64,000 bases of DNA. Origin: Octopus vulgaris. Taxonomy: Eukaryota. Shown in pieces: positions 53,714 to 64,000 of the stretch. Under the pieces are notes generated by a model. That model was not told the origin of the DNA and did no database searches. It saw only the letters and a program-made list of their open reading frames with translations. Each line of letters begins with the position of its first letter. The first letter of the stretch is position 1. Made by a program: the position numbers and the translations under genes. The DNA is taken from NCBI GenBank assembly GCA_951406725.2, contig OX597822.1, positions 59,024,001 through 59,088,000 of the forward strand. Direction: 5' to 3'.

Positions 53714-54189
53714 TATATATTATGAAACCGATGTTAGTGTAATTTATAACTGATTTAGAGAAAAGTAAAGCAAACAAAAATGTTGAAACCTATAATACCA
53801 TGCAGTGTTATGTAAGTGTTTTTAGCGCAAAGTGATCTGAGTATCATTAAACGATTTGAGGGTTAATAGTCATTGGAAGGCCAAGCGTTTTTACGCAAAT
53901 GCAGAAATTTGTGTGTTGACATTCGTAAACTAAAACTTGTCCGCTGGAAAGATATTGGAATCAAGATATATCTCGCGAATGTTCAGGAATGCATCAGTAA
54001 TGGTTCAGAGGTTGTAGGGGATTTCGTGTCTTTGAACTGGCCAACACTTTAGCAGCTGCAAGGCACTGCTCAACCTTCATTATTCAAATCCCGGCAGAAA
54101 GAAGTCAGCTGATATTGAAACTGCTGAAGTTTACAGTTAGATATTAGATGAAGTGGTTAAAAAACTTCGCAGATTTACAATACGAATGA

Positions 54190-54780
54190 AGCTGATAGGT
54201 TCAACAGGAGTTCTTGACAAGAGGAGATCCAGTTCTGTTTCGAAGACACCTATACCTACTTCATATAAATCTCACAGGCTTTGAAGAACTGTGAGCCCTT
54301 GAAACCCAAGCTAATGCGGTATCTGGTCCTGTAACTTGTTGAAATCTTTAGCACTACGCAGTGGCACCCTGTTCTGCTGCTGTTTAACTTCCAATGCCAA
54401 AGTTTGATAGAAGATCTTCCAGGATTTTCCAGTTGTATATCACTGAATATTGTTGCTGCCATCGTTCTAGGAAGTAGAGTTTTAACTTTTTCAGTCTCTC
54501 CCTGAAGTTGGCATGTCGCATTGAGACGATAGTCTTCGAGTTGTTCCGCTGGATTATTTTGAGTTCCGCCGTGAATTTTATACTGAGTGGTGATCATATT
54601 TGGGAGTTGTAGTTAAAACGGCTAAGAACAAATGTCCTCAAGAGGACCATCATGGTTTCCTATTCTCTCGTTTTGGAAGTTCTAAGGATCAATCCGGCCA
54701 GCTGCTTGCATTTTGTTCCCAACATACGTCTGGAAAGATGTACCATTACTAATGGCAGCCCGGATCGCACACTGATTTTG
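54190..54780 (-). pseudogene. CR1-group LINE ORF2 C-terminal remnant
   Basis: KCKQLAGLILRTSKTRE*ETMMVLLRTFVLSRFNYNSQI*SP...ELKIIQR...FRERLKKLKLYFLER...IYNWKILEDL. Confidence 0.8.
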
Positions 54781-54889
54781 ATTCAGATGTGTGTGTGTGT
54801 GTGTATGTGTATGCGTGTGTATGCGTGCGTGAGTGTGTGTGCAGGTGTATGTGTATACGTGTGTATATGTGTGTGCGTGTGTGTATGTG

Positions 54890-55093
54890 TCTTTATGTTT
54901 GTGCTTGTCCCCCAGCGCTGCTTGACAACCGGTATTGGTTTGTTTGCATTTCCGTCACATACGGGTGCGGCAGAATTGACCGATAGAATAAGTTACAGGT
55001 ATAAAAATAAGTACTGGGATCGATTTCTTCAACTAAACCCTTCAAGACAGTGCTCCAGCATGGCCGTAGTCCAATAACTGAAACAAGTAAAGA
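54890..55093 (+). mobile_element. SINE family A, tail half
   Basis: gcttgacaaccgg...ccgatagaataagt...gtgctccagcatggcc. Confidence 0.8.
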
Positions 55094-55169
55094 TGACATA
55101 TATTTATATTTATATGCATGTATGTATGCATATGTGTACGCATGCATGTATGCACACGTGTGTGAGTGT

Positions 55170-55470
55170 ATATATGGTTGTGTAAATTGTATCATATGCG
55201 TATGGGTTTCTGTGTGTGTGTGTGCGGTGTATATATATATATATATGGTTGTGTAAATTGGTATGGGTTTCTGTGTGTGTGTGTGCGGTGTATATATATA
55301 TATATGGTTGTGTAAATTGTATCATATGCGTATGGGTTTCTGTGTGTGTGTGTGCGGTGTATATATATATATATGGTTGTGTAAATTGTATCATATGCGT
55401 ATGGGTTTCTGTGTGTGTGTGTGCGGTGTATATATATATATATATGGTTGTGTAAATTGTATCATATGCG
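55170..55470 (+). repeat. ~70-bp minisatellite, about 4.5 units
   Basis: Unit tatatggttgtgtaaattgtatcatatgcgtatgggtttc(tg)n cggtg(ta)n; the second unit has a short deletion. Confidence 0.9.
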
Positions 55471-55501
55471 TGTATATATATATACATATATATATATATA
55501 T

Positions 55502-55680
55502 AGTGGAGAATTCACAAAAGCAAACAAAAGACGAAGACAGGTGGTGTAGACAACAAACAGATGTATTAGTATAAAGCACGGGAAGTGAAAAAGTCTTTAA
55601 CGTTTCGAGCCTACGCTCTTCCACAGAAAGGAACACTGAAAGAAACAAGGAGAGAAAATAAAGAATGTGTAGTGGCTAGG
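55502..55680 (-). mobile_element. Family H1 element with hammerhead-like motif at 55595-55630
   Basis: Minus strand cttt-CTGTGGA-A-GAGC-gtag-GCTC-GAAA-CG-TT-aaag. Confidence 0.8.
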
Positions 55681-56124
55681 GGCACGTGCATACTGTTGTG
55701 TGTGTGTGTTGAAGAATTTTTTTCTTTTCTTTATGGCTTTTCTGTGTTATGTTTATAGCAGTGAAATCCAGACTTTAGCGATGTGTCTGTGAAATAGTAA
55801 AAGAATAACTCAAACAAAGTTAACCGAATTCTCAGTCTAAATGTCATGCAATGACCAGATTTCCTTCACTAACAAACTGTTAAAAATCAAAAGGTCTTTT
55901 TGCATAGAGCAGAGTGTGTGTAATAGCAACAGTGCTATCATGGCGCTCTCATACATGTACATTCCGATTTACGCACACATTTACACACATGCTCACACTA
56001 GTATTCGCATGCGTATGCATGCACATAAATACACGCACTAGTTTCATACCGTCACACATAAACAGATGCAGTTGTGTGTGTGGATGTATTTATTGATATA
56101 GCTATATAGTAGTACTTGCGTCTA

Positions 56125-56216
<92 letters not shown>

Positions 56217-56419
56217 AATATAGCTATATAGTCATACATGCATACATAACATGTATGTATGTGTGTCCGTATATGCATATATATACATGCATCTGTATAT
56301 ATGCTTTCACACATACACACACGAAAGTATATAAGCTCAGGATCACTTTCAAAATAAAGGATTTAGTGTCGAGTTTGAGATTTTTTTAACGTAATCTGTC
56401 ACGCGTATGAATATATATA

Positions 56420-56592
56420 TATGATCTCGTGTATAACCAGCCGAAATTGCAAAGATAATCTGGAAGTCGACTGAGGAAAGAAAACTCAGAATGGCCCGTC
56501 CTTGTTTTCTTTGCATCGTCTTTCTGGATGCTTTGTTGTTCCTTTTTTTATCACCTAACTGTCTGGATGTTTTGCGTTCTTATCCCTTTTTG

Positions 56593-56595
<3 letters not shown>
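56420..56595 (+). mobile_element. Family H3 repeat fragment
   Basis: ccgaaattgc...gaCTGAGGAaag...GAATGGCCCGTC; flanked by (TA)n. Confidence 0.45.
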
Positions 56596-56652
<57 letters not shown>

Positions 56653-56658
<6 letters not shown>

Positions 56659-56865
56659 GGAGTTAAACGCAAGTGTTATTCAAATTCTTTTATTTCCGAC
56701 ATATGTTTCGAAGACAACATTGGTATTATTCCTGAAGGAATAAGATGGTGTAAAACAATGCAATCTTCTCATCAGAGGGGGGGGGGAATGAAACCAAACA
56801 CATCAATAAAACATTTTAACATAATGTGATGAATGTGTATATGATCTGTGTTTAACTCCATTTAT
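56653..56865 (-). mobile_element. Short hammerhead-bearing element bracketed by 19-bp inverted repeats
   Basis: ataaatggagttaaacgca / tgtgtttaactccatttat; adjacent to (TA)n. Confidence 0.65.
56692..56780 (-). ncRNA. Type I hammerhead ribozyme with canonical core
   Basis: CTGATGA-GAAGA...(extended helix II with TTATTCC-ttca-GGAATAA)...TCTTC-GAAA-C-ATAT-G-TC; helix I is short. Confidence 0.75.
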
Positions 56866-57029
56866 TTATTTATTTATCTATATTATACAAGATATTTCAC
56901 CAAAAGCTGGAGTTTCTACCTTTATAAATAAGTTGTTACATCCTTGTTACTTGTGTGAATTTTTGCTATCCTGGTAACTGTTTATTCATTTTTTCCGTGT
57001 TATTTGTAAACACTGAAAAAAACACATAC

Positions 57030-57074
57030 ATACATACATACATACATAGATAAATACATACATACATATATACA

Positions 57075-57147
<73 letters not shown>

Positions 57148-57266
57148 TTAGAGATAAAATCACTATTAGGCAACTCAAAATTTATCTGTAATTTAATTTA
57201 TATTTATACTGTGAAATTTGATTTAATCCTAAATCTAATTTTTCCCTGTAAGTTTGGATATACTCC

Positions 57267-57342
<76 letters not shown>
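57030..57342. repeat. (TACA)n/(TA)n arrays with a ~125-bp insert at 57144-57270
   Basis: Direct reading. Confidence 0.85.
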
Positions 57343-57348
<6 letters not shown>

Positions 57349-57409
57349 GAGGATTCGCAATCTAGACTAGCGTCTGAAAGTTTACCACACCATAGTGGGT
57401 TACACCATA

Positions 57410-57623
57410 GTTCCTCTGCTTTGTGGCAGAAGTAGGAAGAAAGAGTGAGAGAAAGTTGTAGTGAAAGAGTACAACGGGGTTCAGCACTCCTTCCCGCCGG
57501 AGCATCGTGGAGCTTAGGTGTTTTTGCTCAATAAACACTCACAATGCCCGGTCTGGGAATCGAAACCGTGTTCTTACGACCGCGAGTCCGCTGCCCTAAC
57601 CACTGGGCCATTGCGCCTCCACT
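57410..57623 (-). mobile_element. SINE family E, tRNA-derived head and body
   Basis: Minus strand TGGCCCAGTGG A-box and GGTTTCGATTCC B-box, followed by non-tRNA body. Confidence 0.8.
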
Positions 57624-58957
57624 ACTTGTTGTTGTTTAGCCTCAGCTCAGTCTTAATTAAACGGGTATTTGATCAAAGACATTCCAACCATGACCACACT
57701 GTATCTCCTGTCATTGCGTATCCAAAACTATATTAACAAAGACAGTAAAGTGCAATTAAAGTGAGTTTAACTGCTATTTCTTGCTCTTGGAACAACTACT
57801 TGTAGGATTTCAAATTGACTCTTCTGGTGCTGGTCGCTTGTTTGTTGCTGTTCTTGTTTACTCCAACCTAACCATGAACGAGCAGAACTTTGATAAAAGG
57901 CTTTCCATCTATGACCACCCTCTATGTTTTCTAATTCTTTTTCAGAGTGTTGGTTTTATTGTGAATGAGATTTAGCCGCTATCTCTAGCAAGCCGATCGA
58001 CCACCTAGAGGTTCCGTTATTGGCTGATCTGGTGCTGGTTTATTGCTGAGAAGCATGCTTTGTATTATAGTTTGTTATTAATACAGCTTCCGTGACTAAT
58101 CTAGCATTTTCGTTTCTTTGCCGTTGCTTATTTGTATTATTCTATGTACGAGAGCTGGGCAAACAACTAATTTCTACCTAATAATTTTTGTTTACGCAGT
58201 ATGATGACGATGCAGAGGCATTATTGTAAAGTCATCATAGCTAGTGGTATTTGCCAGTCGAACGAAACAATTAGAATTCTAAACCTTCCCGCTTTCACGT
58301 TTGCATCTGAATGAGCAAATTACATTAGTCATGTAAAGTTTATCCAGCGGTTTGCACTGCATCTACTTTGTTGCTTTTGAAATATATTATTAATTCATAG
58401 TTTATGATTAGAACTGAGTGTAATGCATGTTACGCTTCTGTTTAACGAGCTTTTATTTTTCTTAGTGTTCATCTGTTCTGTGACCAGGGTACATTTGGTT
58501 CGTGTAATTTACTTGTGGTTTGTTGAACTGCTTGTTTATACGGGCTGCTTGCAGTGTTTCTTGTATGTATTGTCTCTAATGTATGTGCTGTGTTGGGGGA
58601 AATATGAAACATCAAGAGCATAGGCGCGTTTCCAATAACACGCCTTTACCCTCATGCGCACACACTCACGCGCAAGCACACGCGCGCTCACACACACATG
58701 CATGCACGTACACACCACCCACGCAATATATATTTTTTTAATGCGTGGGAGTGAGGATGCGTTTCTGTGTGTGCACGCGCACACAGACGCATAAAACCTT
58801 ACATATTTATACGCAAGTGTGCATGCTTCTATGTGTATGTATGTTTGAATATACAGCTGCCTATGCTGGCTGTTTTATACATACATACACAGAAATACGT
58901 ACATACATACATACATACATACATACATACATACATACATACACTTTCAAACACACA

Positions 58958-59111
58958 TGCGTGGCTGTGTGGTAAGAAGCTTGCTTCTCAACCACATAGT
59001 TCTGGGTTCAGTCCCACAGCTGGGCACCTTGGGCTAGTCTCTTCTACTATAGTCTTGGATTGACCAAAGCCTTGTGAATAGATTTGGTGGAAGGAAACTG
59101 AAAAAGCCCAT

Positions 59112-59172
<61 letters not shown>

Positions 59173-59385
59173 CTATGTGTATGTGTCTTTGTATCTGTGT
59201 TTGTCCGCCCAATCACCGCTTGGCAACCGGTGTTGGTGTGTTTACGTCCCCGTAACTTAGTGGTTTGGCAAAAGCAACTGATAGAACAAGTACTAGGCGC
59301 AAGAAATAAGTCCTAGGGTCGATTTGTTCAACAGAAACCCTTCACGACGGTGCTGCAGCATGGCCAAAGAATAAAAGACTAAAAG
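58958..59385 (+). mobile_element. SINE family A, full length
   Basis: Colinear with 30653-31073. Confidence 0.88.
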
Positions 59386-59514
59386 AAAGAATAGTTATTA
59401 CAGAGAAGTATTCAATATAAAGCTACAGTGCAGTATTTAAGCCGGTTCAGCGACCTGTTATACTCTGAGACCGCTTAAGTAAACTATGTATATCTGTATG
59501 TGTATACATGTAAG

Positions 59515-59946
<432 letters not shown>

Positions 59947-60419
59947 ATAAAGATGACGATGAGTGAAAAAGAGAATACTTACGCTGAACTTCTGAGAAAT
60001 CTGCAGTTACTCTATCCAAATTACAAGTTCAGGTTTATACCTGTCGTTATTGGGGCCCTGAGATGTGTAACACACTGCCTAAAAACCAATCTTGAGAAAT
60101 TAGGCTTCTCAAAACCAGAAAGAAGAAAGCTGATTGGAAGACTACAGATCCAATCCATCAATGGAACTGTAAAAATATGTAAAACTTTCCAGAAGTTTAT
60201 CATTTAAATATATATGAGCATGTCTAGATAGGCAACTGTATGCATGAGAATACATACATAAAGCAAAACATACAAATCTGCACATATACATACATATATA
60301 TACATACATCCAAAAATACCCTGTTGTTGATGTTGAAATTCCAATAAAGAGCCTTGGATCTAGGCTAGAAACCGACTCTTTCTCTATTGGCAAGAAATCT
60401 TGAAATAAAACTGAATAAT

Positions 60420-60420
<1 letters not shown>
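59947..60420 (+). mobile_element. 5'-truncated RLE-type (Dong/R4-like) non-LTR retrotransposon: ORF end plus 3' UTR
   Basis: Uninterrupted EKENTYAELLRNLQLLYPNYKFRFIPVVIGALRCV...LEKLGF...LQIQSINGTVKICKTF* (stop 60207); AATAAA near the 3' end; ACAY repeats on both sides. Confidence 0.8.
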
Positions 60421-60475
<55 letters not shown>

Positions 60476-60779
60476 TACATACATACATACATACACACAC
60501 ACACATATATCTTAGATACAAAAATTATTAAAAAATTAATTTTAGAAAAATCGTACATATATTTATACTATTTTTGCATGTAGTATCTTTAAATCTCACG
60601 TTAGCGGTTCCTTTTTTTTTCATTTGAAAATTTGCGCGTTTAGATTATGAAGCAAATACATATTATAATCTAGGTTGATTTCGAAATAGTTATAAATAAC
60701 TATATGGAGAAATCCGATTAAATTTTGTAATTATTATTCACTGCCATAGTCTGACTCGTATTCATTTCGCTTTTCTGCC

Positions 60780-61300
60780 ACTTTAAATTCACAAACTCGG
60801 CCAACATCCAAATGCACTCTTGCTTGCGCCTATACTCTTTTTATGTTCGCTTACTGCATTTATTTATGGTTGGCTAATACTTCTGTCTCCTTTTCTACAG
60901 ATTCTGCGTATGCTCTCTGACTGAGTTGTATCAATCTTTGCCATCAAGTTCATTCAAATGGCTTGAGCCTAAGTGGCTATAATTAGTGATTCACCTTTTC
61001 ATTTAAGATTTCCGTCTGTCAGCCACAGCCAACTTTCTTTACTTCCAGTATCTTCGGTTTCTTGCATGAACTGACCATGTAATCCTTTCTCTCTTATGCC
61101 ATTTTCTTGTCGTTCTTCCATCTGTTCTTGAATTTCCCTATTGTCTTATACGCAGAATATTGTTTTCAACCCAGTATCACAGTACTGATGGTGCCTCTTG
61201 TGTTTATCAAACCTCTTCCTCTTTCTTTTCTAAGTAAGTATAACCAGCCGATATTATTTTTTGGGTAGTGAGCGTTGTGCATTGTAAGCAGCTTTCTAAT
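60780..61300 (-). pseudogene. Degraded Dong/R4 ORF (post-RT and zinc-knuckle region)
   Basis: IRKLLTMHNAHYPK...WLYLLRKERGRGLI, EKGLHGQF, GNLK..ESLIIA, RICRK. Confidence 0.75.
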
Positions 61301-61369
61301 TATTGAATAGCCATGCCAAACCAGCCCGACATTCAGTTTTCCTTTCATTCTTCACCGTTCGGGCTCACG

Positions 61370-61405
<36 letters not shown>

Positions 61406-61554
61406 AGAAAAAAAGAAAGAAAACAAACCCAGGGTTTTCAATCTAAACAATAATGCCCCACCCCCACATTATTTCAGTGTTTGTGCTATGTTAGACAGTT
61501 AGGAATCGATCAATCAATACATATATACACACAAAAATATTTTATATAAACACA

Positions 61555-61802
<248 letters not shown>

Positions 61803-62298
61803 GGAAAAGAGAAAGAGTGGGAGAGAAAGGGTAGGCCGCGAGAGGAAGAGAAAGCGAGAGACTGAGAAAGTGAGAGCCATGGTCCGATGGTGCCTATTCT
61901 ATAGTACGCTTTGTATTAGTAAAGCCAATTATATGACGTCATTGAGATATTTCTCCATTTCAGACAAGCCATGATGATTCATCTCATTGATTAATTACTC
62001 TCATCTCACTTATATTACTTTCATCACATTTTATAGTTCCATTTCATATTTTATCTTATATTGCTTTACTTTCTTTTTCATTGTTTTTTTTTTACTTATT
62101 TTGTCTGCGAATGTGAGTGTATACGTGTGTGTGTGTTGTGTGTGTATATATATATATATATGTACTATATATACACATGCATACACACTCATATATGTTT
62201 AAGTGAGTTCCTGCATATATATGTTTGCATATATGTCTGTGTATGTATATAAATATTTATCTCGCTCTCGCTTTCTCTCTCTCTCGCTTTCTCCCCCC

Positions 62299-62342
<44 letters not shown>

Positions 62343-62545
62343 TTATCTATCTATAGATATATATATATATATACATATGCAAACATACATTCATTCATTC
62401 ATACATACAGACATACATACATATATACATACATATACACATACACACACACATACTTGCAAACATATTTAAACACACATACAGACACACGCGTGCGCGC
62501 GCACACACATGCACACACACACATACACACCCACACATACACACA

Positions 62546-62588
<43 letters not shown>

Positions 62589-62757
62589 ACGCACAGTTTT
62601 TTGTGTTTGTGATTGCTTTTATGAAGTGTTGGGGAGGGATCTCATTGTCTTCGCCCTTCAAACCGTAGTCGTTCGACGAATTAGACAGGAGTGGGAAAAG
62701 TGAGACACGCTATTGTTATGTAGATCGATAGTGATCACCCAAAGCTCACTGAGTATC

Positions 62758-62759
<2 letters not shown>

Positions 62760-62832
<73 letters not shown>

Positions 62833-63320
62833 TCTAACACACTCGGTTGCATCCTTGTCCTCTCACTCACCCCTCACTAGAATACCACCAGGTCTGCTAC
62901 GATCCTTATCACCACACCCGCACCGCCACCATCATCCTCATCATCATCAACTTTATCCCCACACTCACATTCAATTTAATACCGTGACTAGTACGTTTTC
63001 CACCAGTGCCACGACCGTTACAATACAATTACCATTATCTCTTTATCTCTATCGATCCATCAGCATTAGTATCGCCGTGCCCCCCCCCCCCCCCCGCCGC
63101 TACCGTCGCCATCACCGCCGCCTCCACGACGACGACCATCACCACTACCACCACCAGTCTCACAACCACCACCACCAGCCTCACTACCACCAGCCTCACC
63201 ACCACCACCACCACCACCACCACCACTACCACCACCACTACCACCACCAGCCTCACCACCACCAGCCTCACCACCACCACCAACACCACCACCACCACCA
63301 CCACCACCACCACCACCACC
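62760..63320. repeat. (ATT)n, poly-C and interrupted (CAC)n repeats
   Basis: Direct reading. Confidence 0.9.
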
Positions 63321-63687
63321 GTAAGTGCCACTCCCTATAAACACTGGGCCTGAGTGTACGTTTCCATGCAAACACATGAAACGTCACTTTAATGAATATT
63401 TCGTTGGTTTAACACCTCCACAACTGTAGAGTGTGTTTCTGGATTAGAAAAAAAAATGTATGGACTAGATGTGAATGTTTTCGTTTTAATGAGGTTATAT
63501 ATCAGTAATGTCTATGTAGAGTTTTGGCGATCTGAAATGTAGAGTTGTAAGTGCTGATTGATCCTAACCTTTTAAGCAACACCCAACAAAGAACTTCACA
63601 GAGTGTTTCAGAACAAACAAGTGAAGCAGTATAAAGGAAGTTTAATAATAAACTGTGGAGATCATTCACACTCTTTGAGAAGCTTAC

Positions 63688-63813
63688 GCTAGCTGCTTAG
63701 AAATTCTCTTGTTTTCAAATTCAAAATCCATATTACATTGCAGCTTAACAATCAGCATGCCACTGCTTTCTCTCGTCATCTTGGGAGAAGTGAAGTAATG
63801 TTGTTCAGATGAG
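63688..63813 (-). CDS. Candidate 126-nt internal exon (phase 2-2), product unrecognised
   Basis: Acceptor ttgctctttctatttag|, donor |gtaagc; only one frame is open: SSEQHYFTSPKMTRESSGMLIVKLQCNMDFEFENKRISKQLA. Confidence 0.3.
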
Positions 63814-63930
63814 CTAAATAGAAAGAGCAACCGGCCGGTTTGAGCTTCGTACCAAGCTGCTGAAATGTCCTCAAAAAACAAATATCATAGCGGAACAAAA
63901 TACAATAGATTGCACACATACACACACAAA

Positions 63931-63968
<38 letters not shown>

Positions 63969-64000
63969 ACACAACACATACATACACACACGCACGCACT

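Noticed and set aside
54256-54597. 113-aa ORF as a host gene
   Set aside because: Alternative frame of a CR1-group LINE remnant
55170-55470. CRISPR-like array (also 37322-37560)
   Set aside because: No unique spacers, no cas genes, eukaryotic context
61923-61941. CCAAT plus TGACGTCA (CRE) as a promoter
   Set aside because: Short motifs expected by chance, with no linked transcription start or exon

Overview
AT-rich, extremely microsatellite-dense eukaryotic DNA. The SINE, Dong/R4, RTE and Penelope-type repeat content suggests an octopus genome; this is inferred from recalled repeat families, not from a search. No intact, recognisable host gene is present, and almost all track ORFs are translations of simple repeats. 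The window is a patchwork of at least five SINE families (four with visible tRNA-type heads), degraded retroelements (Gypsy integrase, CR1/Jockey-like, RTE, Dong/R4, Penelope RT), an internally deleted mariner with intact TIRs, two non-autonomous Helitrons and several foldback palindromes. A few unverified candidate exons are also present. The most interesting signal is a set of short elements carrying minimal type I hammerhead ribozyme motifs of Penelope/retrozyme style. These include a family with a fixed CUGUNGA (A6U) core that sits in microsatellites, and a tRNA-Ile-like-headed SINE-like element that carries a hammerhead and has a Penelope-style inverted duplication. Repeat boundaries are read by eye and approximate.
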